Part shown: positions 9,401-17,659 of the stretch, one piece after another
Layout of the letters: every line of letters starts with the position of its first letter
How positions within the stretch are numbered: the first letter of the stretch is position 1
NCBI GenBank assembly: GCA_002718195.1
Contig: PBDU01000017.1
Location: 53,818 to 117,817 of the forward strand
Reading direction: 5' to 3'
DNA length: 64,000 nucleotides
Source: Methanobacteriota archaeon
Lineage (GTDB): Archaea; Thermoplasmatota; Poseidoniia; Poseidoniales; Poseidoniaceae
Program-made: the position numbers and the translations under genes
The notes under the pieces: model-generated
Seen by the model: the letters and a program-made list of their open reading frames with translations, nothing else
Databases searched by the model: none
What the model was told of the DNA's origin: nothing

Positions 9401-11458
9401 GATATTGTTTTGATTATCTGTAAGCAATGCTGGGAATACGGAATTTCCTCCATATGGTGAGTTTGAAGGCAGACCACTGTTACCTTCTACGTTAGAGAGT
9501 GGAGTATCTTCAATTTGCTTGATAGCGTAGGTGGATAATCCCTCTTCTGCACCATCCCAAGCACCTGCCCCTTGCATTCTTAGCTTGGTGTAGTACACTT
9601 CGTAGTTGACATCCTTTTCAAACCCATAATCACGCCCGTCCATCCAAGCAATGTGTGTATTTCCTTGGTTATCAACGCCGATAGATGGGTGGAAGGAATA
9701 TGCATCGTCTATGGTTACACGGGTATCGTTTACAACGACTAGGTGACCATCAGCTGCAGCACCAGTATCTTCTGAATAAGTTCCTCCAGATGAATCGTGT
9801 CCGGGGTTTCCAGGAGTCCATGTTGGGTCATTGTTCATCTTAGCATATGGGTCGAGAATTGTGGTGTAAATCTCACGAGAGTTATTTGTAGAGATGTAAA
9901 CCATTGCTTCTACAAGCAAGTCCATGTTGTTTGAAGTTCCAGATGGGAATTCATAGACTTGACCGCCAGCATCAGTGTTTCTGATGGTGGATCCAGGACA
10001 ATTTCTGGATGACTGTGAAACTACTCCGTTTGGACATTGTGCAAGGTCCATGAAGTGAGACTCAACCGTGTTTGCGCCACCGTATGTTTGTCCATACATT
10101 CCTACTGGAACAACACCTGCTCTTACGCAGGAATCGTGTGCCTCTTCGATAGAGGCAGTATCATCAGCGCCAGTGGCAGGATCTCCGTCCTTTGGTCCTT
10201 CGTCAGAAATTGGCAGAACAATCTTTGTTGCGTTAGGGTTCCACTTGTGATCAGCACTGGTTGGAGGGTTTCCAGGAACATTTCCTGCAGCATCCTTCCA
10301 TGATAGACATGCCCAGTTTGTTCCTGGACCCCAGTTCTCAACGTGGTTGGATGGGTTGCCATTGTAGACTTCATTTGGAAGCTTTCTTAGTCCACCAGAG
10401 TCATCTCCAGGAGTTTGTCCCAATGGGTTAGTTCTTGGTCCGGAATTTTGGTTGTATGCAGCACAGTTTCCTTGGCTAGCAGCGCCAGGTAATGCGTTCC
10501 CCAAACCGTAAATAGTCTCATAAACAGTCATGTTTGCTTCACTCAGCATAGGCTTGATACCTTGGAAGTAACCACCACTAGCGAAATTACCTCCGTAAAT
10601 AACGGTACAAACATCAGCCCATTCGGAATACATGGAACCAGACGTGTCAACGATGAAAACAAGCTCTACCTTACCTCCTCTTGTGTCGTCCCATGCAATC
10701 TGAACATTGTCGTTAGCATCAACAACGATGTCAGGGTGTCCCTTGTGACCGATAATAGGAGTCAACAATGTGTCATCGAATAGGGTGATGACAGATGAGG
10801 AAGCAATGTCGGGTTGGAGCATTGAATAATAGATTTGAGGCTGGTTGAAGAACCTGTTAAGGTCATCGTAGTTGTCTTGCCATACTATGTGTAAGTTGCC
10901 TTGACTATCAACGTCAATTGCGGGCCAGTCTCTGTTTTGCGCTCTTTGAGAGATCACGGTATCGTCAATCGCAGTAATCGTTCCATCTGTTGTGGCTAGG
11001 CCATCTAGAGGTGCGTTGAATGGCGATAGAGCAGTGTACATGATCTTGTGCTGTCCGGATTTATCAGCCCAAACGATGTGAACCTTGTCATTCTCATCGA
11101 CGACCATGTCAGGATGTGCAATTTTGTGCAATCCTGAATTGGTAATTTGAGTAGCATCAATTAGTGTTTCGCCTCTTGGTGATAGCATAGAATAGTACAG
11201 GTGCTGAGAGTTTCTAGACCACGCAATGTGTACGTTTCCTTCAGAGTCTGAGTGGACTGCTGCTTGCATATCTGAAGAAGTTCCGCCGTTCACAACTTGA
11301 ACAGCTTCAGTAATTACAACTTGGCTTGCTTCAACGTTTTCGGTGTATACTGCCATTGCAGAAAAATAGGATAGCAGTAGAATCATTACAAGGGATACAG
11401 ATTTCGTAGTTTGTCTCATGTTGCGGACCTCCGGTAGTCTAACACCGTAAAGGCTCAA
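6416..11458 (-). CDS. very large secreted surface protein: signal peptide, repeated HIAW propeller-like modules with embedded vWA (MIDAS DTSGS) domain, CARDB-like NxG domains, C-terminal TM anchor
   Basis: N-term MRQTTKSVSLVMILLLSYFSAMAVY signal-like; seven copies of x-H-[IV]-[AVG]-W-x-D module; VELVFIVDTSGSMYSEW vWA MIDAS; ITITNTGNV / NITNNGNV / VIANDGNTHATDIEV / VVNDGNGPDRYDF CARDB-like motifs; C-term ALPGLVILLTIALTAVAFMVGKSRR anchor. Probable start at internal Met around 11419. Confidence 0.75.
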   Translation of the reverse strand: MSLYGVRLPEVRNMRQTTKSVSLVMILLLSYFSAMAVYTENVEASQVVITEAVQVVNGGTSSDMQAAVHSDSEGNVHIAWSRNSQHLYYSMLSPRGETLIDATQITNSGLHKIAHPDMVVDENDKVHIVWADKSGQHKIMYTALSPFNAPLDGLATTDGTITAIDDTVISQRAQNRDWPAIDVDSQGNLHIVWQDNYDDLNRFFNQPQIYYSMLQPDIASSSVITLFDDTLLTPIIGHKGHPDIVVDANDNVQIAWDDTRGGKVELVFIVDTSGSMYSEWADVCTVIYGGNFASGGYFQGIKPMLSEANMTVYETIYGLGNALPGAASQGNCAAYNQNSGPRTNPLGQTPGDDSGGLRKLPNEVYNGNPSNHVENWGPGTNWACLSWKDAAGNVPGNPPTSADHKWNPNATKIVLPISDEGPKDGDPATGADDTASIEEAHDSCVRAGVVPVGMYGQTYGGANTVESHFMDLAQCPNGVVSQSSRNCPGSTIRNTDAGGQVYEFPSGTSNNMDLLVEAMVYISTNNSREIYTTILDPYAKMNNDPTWTPGNPGHDSSGGTYSEDTGAAADGHLVVVNDTRVTIDDAYSFHPSIGVDNQGNTHIAWMDGRDYGFEKDVNYEVYYTKLRMQGAGAWDGAEEGLSTYAIKQIEDTPLSNVEGNSGLPSNSPYGGNSVFPALLTDNQNNIHVAWVDSGNLSASEEIVYTRLNSTSNTGPGETALDPWETYTVTSWNSNKLGPDNGRQPSIGMPPAFANDLGSGAHVGWSDTNLCDQNPNNNRFTICYSHILTGQVDVEFDAGETYYHVIEPGEQTLYNLTVNNSTPGPTDLVADTYNLNISSGVPQNWTATLFFASNHTAIFPDTDIFLMGGEDIRFYMRVRAPSIYQANGDEFAQIEVEAKSTSDPAIQSVLTTLTKMDVVHGINLDTSHSMADIEQGQSAIFSITITNTGNVYDSFIFWDPNTLEGQTEWVLPFGWQVNFPTSVSLDPGQSITKNLEVSVPTTEDPGLFVIYLKGWSEGEPVKSVQQGTYDILELQVFVSIRSTGNIVFEIFDTNEYVLPGECATYPIEVTKNFDSGNLVFTTPGAPEAKPDGMEMSTWRQEHWTVDVDFSDAPGGNSLPMSEPRLWELPGGADMVAYEVRVEVCAPTNASSGLGPAVTLKANLEGYPRISDSVILSTNVIHVYSLNAGVDPEVGTDLSVNPGEDIILPITVVNDGNGPDRYDFRLARVTDADGVDVLWEIDVPRDVLTELSRDTFQEFDIEMQIPDRVEAGEYTVVFQAFSEEAYPDSSGRDTRLRDQMIFNVQVNEFHDMQIIMDSNVDNAIKTTSPGRNVKFTVNITNNGNVPDTPSLNNHTTQEIGDDDFMSETPGMGALAGSSVEWRQLVALNTEITQEAPCTEVDADETIFPDDICVVFPDGRYQLPRMDAYETIEMVAIVTVAPNTPLITTDIGLKVVSEFGNMEDDGDYDDSPSWEGDLLDTNELVVTLRLRAPNLVVKEATVVENSASVDETIPIQVVIANDGNTHATDIEVILCEARNSKSGTLADLKKEGCAEEDVVMRQVVGAILEPTDAEDEKVVEIYLLYPVSAGKHGVFVIVDPSNEIVETREGDNIIAVNQDLSSNNPVLDQASVVVGAAALPGLVILLTIALTAVAFMVGKSRRAEVKSRIEEQSSLISVLGDEN

Positions 11459-11539
11459 CTCATCATACTTAACCGCGACCCCTTCGCGTCATTTTACAAT
11501 TAAATGTAAATCATATGGATTAGGCGCATTGTTTAGTGA

Positions 11540-12172
11540 TTAAGCCCATTCGCTAGGGTCGAAACTTGCCCCAAAAGACATCGTTTCATCAACCTCAATT
11601 TCATGTGTTTCAACCTCATCTTTTGCAGGGCTTTGTTTTGTTTGAACTTTTCTTGCTTTGTTCTCCCAATCATCTACAGGACCCGGTTTTCCTTTACCCG
11701 GGCCATATGAGAATTTGATTTCATGAATTAATGTTAATTTAGCAAGCCATAATTTTCTTAATGAATGCATTAATTCGTTTTTGCTTAATCCATCAAACCA
11801 AATCGGTAGGCTAACATTGAATGCCTGGAGTGATTCTTTTCCGGGTTTCTTGCCCATGTGAATCCCCCAATCAACTCCGCTTTTGATTAGGTTTAATCTC
11901 ATCTCATGCATCCATTCTTTCCAATCTTCTGTAGATTCTTTGATGTGAGTTTCCATCTCTTCTTGCTGCCCAATATCCACTCTGGTCATTGAACTGATAG
12001 CGACTAAATCTCGTCCTTTGGGAACCACGACTGCAAACATGTGACCTTGTTTTCCTCCGGGGTACTTTACAAGAAAGTGTGCTTCTGCCCTTTGATCAGG
12101 TTGCATCTTATAACTTAGATTCTCTTGTTTGAACCATTTTTTTAGCAAATCCACTGCATCGATGGGTCCCAT
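11540..12172 (-). CDS. hypothetical cytoplasmic protein (possibly DUF2299/YbjN-like)
   Basis: Clean 210-aa ORF, no TM; weak resemblance only. Confidence 0.4.
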   Translation of the reverse strand: MGPIDAVDLLKKWFKQENLSYKMQPDQRAEAHFLVKYPGGKQGHMFAVVVPKGRDLVAISSMTRVDIGQQEEMETHIKESTEDWKEWMHEMRLNLIKSGVDWGIHMGKKPGKESLQAFNVSLPIWFDGLSKNELMHSLRKLWLAKLTLIHEIKFSYGPGKGKPGPVDDWENKARKVQTKQSPAKDEVETHEIEVDETMSFGASFDPSEWA

Positions 12173-12235
12173 TACTACAACCCAATACTACAACCCCTTT
12201 GAACCAAACTAATCCGGACTGTCAAGGAATTACTC

Positions 12236-13930
12236 TCAGTACGCTGCTAACTCGTCTTTGATTTCTTTAGAAATCAATAAAATCTCTTCAGAGTATTTTC
12301 TTGCACATTTTAGTCTTCTTAATGCTCTAAAGAAGTCCATGCAAATATCCCAAGACCTTACTGCTAATGAGCAACTTAATCTGAATAACAAAATGATTGT
12401 GACAAAGATCGGGATTGAGGAAAAATAAATTCCAAATCCTTGACCGAAGACCTCATCTAAACCTAGCAATTCACCGTTTAACAAGACCATGGTAGTCAGT
12501 AAACAAGCCATAACAGGCCAGATTATTGTAGAGCCAAATAGTGCAGTTAAAAGATGAAAAGTAGTTCTTGCATCTAGTCCTTCATCGGTATTGTTCCCAA
12601 GAATCTGTCCAAAGAATATTTGAATCCCCATAGACAAAACGAACAGAGGAGAGAAAGCCAAAAACGAGAGCAGAATTATGAAATTGAAAGGTATTTTACT
12701 AGGTTTAAATCTTGATAATTTCTCTCCCGAGTCATCCAAATCTCTGCCATTTAGTTTGTGACTTGACAAGATTGATTCCAACTTTGTTGCACTTTCAATC
12801 ACCGGACATTCCATTTTGTTTGGTCTGGCGCCAGGTTCCCGATTAGCATAATCCCATTGTTCCTTTTCCCTTAGGAACTCCCTGATGGTTCGAGTATTCC
12901 TAACTTCATGATCCCATTGATTGTACGGATTTCCTTCCATTCTTGCTTTGTAGTGTCCGATTAAATTAGCAACACCATGCTCATCATGGGATTCAAAATC
13001 AGGTGTCATTGGGCGTAGCACCTCATGTAGTCTATCTCTTAGGTCAACCACGTTTTCTCGACCGGGTTCAACCCAGTCATTTTGCGAAACAGCCTCAACC
13101 AATTCATTTGGTATGTCTTCTTGCAGTATTTCGATTGGCTTTCCAAATTCAACGTAAGCATCAGTTCTGAAAATATGTCTTTTTCTGAAATGAAGCCCAC
13201 ATGGGACAACCACGGGTATTTGTTTTCCTTGACTTTTTGCAAGGGCAGCAGCAGCCAATACGGTTCTCATTGGTCCGGTTCTAAATTTCATCATCCATGC
13301 ATCTGAATGTGAAGTTCCCTCAGGGAATAATACAACTGAATGACTGGATGCGATTCCTTGAGCCAGTTTTAGCAATGATCTACCATTGAGATAATCTGCT
13401 TCTTCTTGGGTACAACCTCCTCTTAGGAGCTCAGCCTTTCTTAAAACTGGCTGGAATGCCATTCTTTTCGTCCAAAATCTGAGAATCGGTCTAGTAACTA
13501 AATCATGTCTACCAGCTAAAACAAAGTAATGCGGATGGGAGACATAAATGCACATTGGATCGACAAGACCATTGGTGTGCCATGCACAAACCATATTCCC
13601 TCTGTCGATTGGGATGTTTTCAATTCCTGATACATGGTCTTCTCTGAATAAGCCATACCTTACCTGTTGTAGTAGAAACATCCCAAACTTCGTCCAAAAT
13701 GGTGACCCTGGGGTTTCCTTAGAAAAATCTGGAAGTGGCGCATCTAATAATTTTTGAATGTTAACATTGGATGAAGACTTTGACAAAATAGGCAAAAGAT
13801 CACCATTTTGATCCACAGCCCCGTCATCCAAAGTCTCGATTTTTGCCAAGATCAAACCTCCATCAATTTTGAACTTAGATTGGATAATGAAGCATGGTCG
13901 GGGGATAGTCCAGTAGGCGAATTGGGCCAC
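12236..13930 (-). CDS. lysophospholipid/glycerol-3-phosphate acyltransferase family (PlsC-like) protein with C-terminal multi-TM domain
   Basis: Acyltransferase block I-like AWHTNGLVD (H-x5-D variant) and block III FPEGTSHSD; C-terminal about 150 aa contains 4-5 hydrophobic helices. ORF-track start overlaps HIT gene by 79 nt so true start is probably downstream or uses an alternative codon. Confidence 0.7.
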   Translation of the reverse strand: MAQFAYWTIPRPCFIIQSKFKIDGGLILAKIETLDDGAVDQNGDLLPILSKSSSNVNIQKLLDAPLPDFSKETPGSPFWTKFGMFLLQQVRYGLFREDHVSGIENIPIDRGNMVCAWHTNGLVDPMCIYVSHPHYFVLAGRHDLVTRPILRFWTKRMAFQPVLRKAELLRGGCTQEEADYLNGRSLLKLAQGIASSHSVVLFPEGTSHSDAWMMKFRTGPMRTVLAAAALAKSQGKQIPVVVPCGLHFRKRHIFRTDAYVEFGKPIEILQEDIPNELVEAVSQNDWVEPGRENVVDLRDRLHEVLRPMTPDFESHDEHGVANLIGHYKARMEGNPYNQWDHEVRNTRTIREFLREKEQWDYANREPGARPNKMECPVIESATKLESILSSHKLNGRDLDDSGEKLSRFKPSKIPFNFIILLSFLAFSPLFVLSMGIQIFFGQILGNNTDEGLDARTTFHLLTALFGSTIIWPVMACLLTTMVLLNGELLGLDEVFGQGFGIYFSSIPIFVTIILLFRLSCSLAVRSWDICMDFFRALRRLKCARKYSEEILLISKEIKDELAAY

Positions 13931-14283
13931 ATTGCCATCATAGACTTCCCCCCGTCGTCAGCATTTCTTGGAATAACATGGAAGTGCACGTGGGGAACTT
14001 CTTGTCCTGCCAACCTACCGTCATGTAGGACCACTGAAAAATCAGTCGTTTTGAAAACGATTCCCAATTTTCTTTGCACCTCTTGGACTCCTTGGATTAA
14101 ACAACCGGCTTCGTTTGCTGAAAGCTTGGCTAAGTGTGAGACACCTTTGTGTGGTACAACAAGAGTATGACCTGGTCTTCTTGGGTTGATGTCGAGGAAA
14201 GCATACCATCCTTCACCCTTGGCAACGCCATGCGAAGGGATTTCGCCTGAAATTATCCTTTCGAACAAGGTTTCATCTGCCAT
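13852..14283 (-). CDS. HIT-family (histidine triad) nucleotide hydrolase
   Basis: Histidine triad HVHFHVIPR; size 143 aa. Confidence 0.88.
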   Translation of the reverse strand: MADETLFERIISGEIPSHGVAKGEGWYAFLDINPRRPGHTLVVPHKGVSHLAKLSANEAGCLIQGVQEVQRKLGIVFKTTDFSVVLHDGRLAGQEVPHVHFHVIPRNADDGGKSMMAMWPNSPTGLSPDHASLSNLSSKLMEV

Positions 14284-14320
14284 GATTGCTGTAGTCTGGA
14301 TTTATTTTCAAATCTGCCTA

Positions 14321-15967
14321 TCAAGCAGGAGGTAAAACCCAGTTTCCAGAACTTCCTTTTCGGATAGCCAATTTGTCAGTGTTGGAATCTTTGTCAGCTA
14401 AACTATGATGCATCAGATCAGCATTAGTTTCCGGGAAGTCAATTCTTCTAAATGCGCCACGAGATTCCTCTCTGCTAATTGCTGAGGCAACCACAATAGT
14501 TGCTAATTTGACCGCTGTCTTCAGTTGTTGGTTCATCAAGAAGTTCGTATTTAGAACAAATGATTTGTTGTCCAAGTGAAGATTTGATGCCTTTTCATTC
14601 AAAGCATGTAAGTCCGTTTTTGCAGATTCCAAAGAGGCTGATGACCAACCAGAATCAACAACTGCGTTCATGATTGAATTTAACTTAGAAGAAATAACTC
14701 CTGAACGGATAACTAGTCCTTCTGAGTCCTCAAGTTGTGCTTTCAGATTGTCTTCTGCATTTTTGAATGCCTCATTCATGCTAGAAACAGCACCGAAACC
14801 TTGCTCCTTGCTCCATTCAGCAGCGGATTTTCCAGCAGCGTAACCGCTTGCTACTGAGTCAAGGAATGAATTTCCTGGTAGAGCAGAGGCGCCATGAAGA
14901 CCTGTGTTTGCTGCTTGTCCTGCTGCATATAATCCAGTAAACCAACGGGACCACTTGCCTACGACTGCCCTAGACTGCTCATCTACCGCTATTCCTCCGA
15001 TACTCATGTTAATTCGATTTTCAATAGCAATGGTTTGTTTGGATAAATCAATTCCACATCTAGATTTGACTCTTTCAAATTCTGTCGTCCACCATACAGA
15101 TTCAGCACCAAGATTTCTTGCATCCAAAATTGGATTTTTAGCGTTAGAAATAGCATCACATAGCGCTCCGATTCCTCCCGCTGTATCATATTCAATAGAC
15201 GAACCGTCTGATTCCAGAATTTCAGCTCCGTCTGCGAGTAACGTGGTTGGAAGAATCAGATTTGTATCTTTTATTCCAAGCGGACTTGAAGAAAAGAATT
15301 CCATATCGCACAACGGCAAACCAGCATCAGCAACTAAGCCTAAACCTAGACCTACTGAACCATCTGTGAAAATGTTTTGAGCGCCTTGGTCGGCTATGAT
15401 CAGAGCTTTACATTGTATAGAAATCAAATTACCGTTTATCATATCCATAACGATGATGCCGTTGACCCTTTGCTCGTCATGAACCAGTGAAATAGGCACC
15501 TGGTCGCCTCTTCTAACAACTCCGTGGCGCATTACTTGCTCCTCAAAAATCAACTGAGATTCTCTTTTGTTAGCGTCTCCAGCACCGCTTACTCTAGGTT
15601 TATTGTGACCTGGCAATTTCACGCTTGCGGGGATTCCTTTTTGATCTCTCTTCCAAGTAAAGCCCCACCTTTCCATCAAATCGAGTTGTCTAATCGCTTG
15701 ATTTGTGTAATGAACTACAATATCTTGGTTATTTAGGAATTCCCCGTTGCGAATGGTATCATTTCTGTGGTCTCTGCTTGTTTCCTCGTTAACATGTGCA
15801 GCAAACCCATCAACCGCTGAAGAATCTCCTGCGCCTAAGCTGCTTGAATTAATCAACAAAACATTCGCTCCGTTGCTTGCAGCCTCGCCTGCTGCTCTGA
15901 GACCTGCAATACTATCGCCGATGACTATGATGTCCCAAGCTTCCATGATACTATCTCCGCATGCCAA
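14321..15967 (-). CDS. FAD-dependent flavoprotein of the succinate dehydrogenase/fumarate reductase/L-aspartate oxidase family (orphan, non-canonical)
   Basis: N-terminal dinucleotide fold DIIVIGDSIAGLRAAGEAASNG (SdhA-like GLRAA), HGASALPGNSFLDSVASG resembling HGANRLGGNSL; covalent-FAD His position appears substituted; no SdhB/C/D neighbours. Confidence 0.7.
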   Translation of the reverse strand: MACGDSIMEAWDIIVIGDSIAGLRAAGEAASNGANVLLINSSSLGAGDSSAVDGFAAHVNEETSRDHRNDTIRNGEFLNNQDIVVHYTNQAIRQLDLMERWGFTWKRDQKGIPASVKLPGHNKPRVSGAGDANKRESQLIFEEQVMRHGVVRRGDQVPISLVHDEQRVNGIIVMDMINGNLISIQCKALIIADQGAQNIFTDGSVGLGLGLVADAGLPLCDMEFFSSSPLGIKDTNLILPTTLLADGAEILESDGSSIEYDTAGGIGALCDAISNAKNPILDARNLGAESVWWTTEFERVKSRCGIDLSKQTIAIENRINMSIGGIAVDEQSRAVVGKWSRWFTGLYAAGQAANTGLHGASALPGNSFLDSVASGYAAGKSAAEWSKEQGFGAVSSMNEAFKNAEDNLKAQLEDSEGLVIRSGVISSKLNSIMNAVVDSGWSSASLESAKTDLHALNEKASNLHLDNKSFVLNTNFLMNQQLKTAVKLATIVVASAISREESRGAFRRIDFPETNADLMHHSLADKDSNTDKLAIRKGSSGNWVLPPA

Positions 15968-16048
15968 GCGAAGAGCAATCCCTCAATAAGATGCGCGCTC
16001 TAACCACTTCTAAGCCGATTAGTTAATTATGCGCTATAATCAGTAAAA

Positions 16049-17659
16049 TCACACCTTTGGAAGGGGCAAATCCCCGAATTTTCTTGCCTTTAGGATGCGA
16101 CGCAGTCTCTTCTTGAAAGGGTTGAAGGAAAATCTTCGAATTCTCGTAGTCCAAACCAATGAAGAAATAATTTCTTCATCCATATTACTTACGTTAAGTA
16201 TTACAAGATTTTCACCAAAAACATCTTTCGGCCAGGATAATCTTAGCCACATTATCGCACTGTTTTCCATAAAGTGAGGTAACTTCTCAACCACGTCAAT
16301 TTCTGTATTTGAGAATAATTCCAGTGGTTCAGAAATTTTTCCGCATGGTTTCAAACTGATCCTATGTTCTCGCGTCTTTGGCTCTCCTGATGGTGTCACG
16401 ATTTCCAAAATAAGATCTTGCCTTTTGTTGGTGTGATTGGTTAGTGCAATGAAAAGGTGGCCAATTCCAAATTCTGAGTATTCATCTAATGACCCATCCA
16501 CTCTCAGTCCACCGTATGCTGGCAATTTTCCTCTAATTAAATCGTCTTGAAGCCGACCGATTAGTTTCGAGGAACTGGGTTGCCATGCTCTTGCGTGCAG
16601 GATCAATCTTTGGATAGTTCTCCAATTCAGTGGGGCTTTGTCATTCATCAACAAAGAATCAATTCCCTCTTGTGTAAGGATTGATTTGACCTCTTTCATG
16701 GCAACCTCATCTGAAATTGTTTCATTAGCATTCAAAAATAAAATGTATAATAGCCTCTCTCTAACATGGTTTAGAGAAAACTCTGGTTTGATGACCTCGG
16801 ATAACTTTTCAATCCACTCGTCCCAGTCAATCTTCAAATCTGGATCTAGATGCGCCTCAATGATAGCTCCGAACATTGTATCAAATTGAGTTGAATGATG
16901 GGTTGGTGCATAGGATGAAAGAACGGGAAATTTATCTCCCATCTGTTGGATTAGCTTTGACGTAAGCGACGCATGGATTGATTGTATAACTCCTAAAATC
17001 GCACTAAATAGCAGAGTAATTAACCAGGGTTTGCTACCCACATCCACGACTGTCGATGCACACAATAGTGCAATCGAAGACAATACCAAAATTGTTTGAA
17101 TAGCATTTGTTTTCAGCATATTCAAATGGTCATCAGTAACTAAATCCATACCTGGACTACTGTCTAAGTCGTATTGTAATCCAAAGCCACCATCTTTCCT
17201 TAGACCCTTTTTTGAGTCGCTGGCAAGTCTAGAATATTCTCCGCACGCCCAAGCAGGACCTAAACAAAGTAGGACTACAGGGGTCCAGAAAGCAATAATG
17301 AATAGCGTGTAGGTTGTAAAATCTTCAGCAAGAACGTAGGTTAGGAACACATTGGAAAATATAAGCAAACCAAGTGCTGTTCGAAGGTATATCGATATTC
17401 TATTTCTTGCTAAGTTGCCCCAAAGTATCCTATTTTTTTCATACCTCTCCCAGTCCAATTTACTGGAATTCATAGCATCATCTGCTTTTGAGTAATCATC
17501 TCCATATGGTTGCGGCATCTCCAAGGGTTGACGCAGGTTTGAGATGCCAGAACCCGAGGACATTTGACTCAACGCTCCTAATACCTGTTGTCTTATGTGG
17601 GCTTCGCCATTTTTTCGAAGTTTTTTCAACATTCGATATAATCCGGGCCAATCCCGCAT
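16049..17659 (-). CDS. hypothetical membrane protein (about 4 TM helices plus approximately 300-aa C-terminal cytoplasmic domain)
   Basis: Hydrophobic helices between aa 95-230; no recognised motif. Confidence 0.45.
   Translation of the reverse strand: MRDWPGLYRMLKKLRKNGEAHIRQQVLGALSQMSSGSGISNLRQPLEMPQPYGDDYSKADDAMNSSKLDWERYEKNRILWGNLARNRISIYLRTALGLLIFSNVFLTYVLAEDFTTYTLFIIAFWTPVVLLCLGPAWACGEYSRLASDSKKGLRKDGGFGLQYDLDSSPGMDLVTDDHLNMLKTNAIQTILVLSSIALLCASTVVDVGSKPWLITLLFSAILGVIQSIHASLTSKLIQQMGDKFPVLSSYAPTHHSTQFDTMFGAIIEAHLDPDLKIDWDEWIEKLSEVIKPEFSLNHVRERLLYILFLNANETISDEVAMKEVKSILTQEGIDSLLMNDKAPLNWRTIQRLILHARAWQPSSSKLIGRLQDDLIRGKLPAYGGLRVDGSLDEYSEFGIGHLFIALTNHTNKRQDLILEIVTPSGEPKTREHRISLKPCGKISEPLELFSNTEIDVVEKLPHFMENSAIMWLRLSWPKDVFGENLVILNVSNMDEEIISSLVWTTRIRRFSFNPFKKRLRRILKARKFGDLPLPKV

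Noticed and set aside
6614-10783. More than fifteen 60-125-aa plus-strand ORFs (for example 7083..7406, 7584..7922, 8304..8681) inside the 1680-aa minus-strand gene
   Set aside because: They are antisense to a long, motif-rich coding region, have no motifs of their own, and show low-complexity Ser/Thr-rich translations typical of reverse-frame artefacts.
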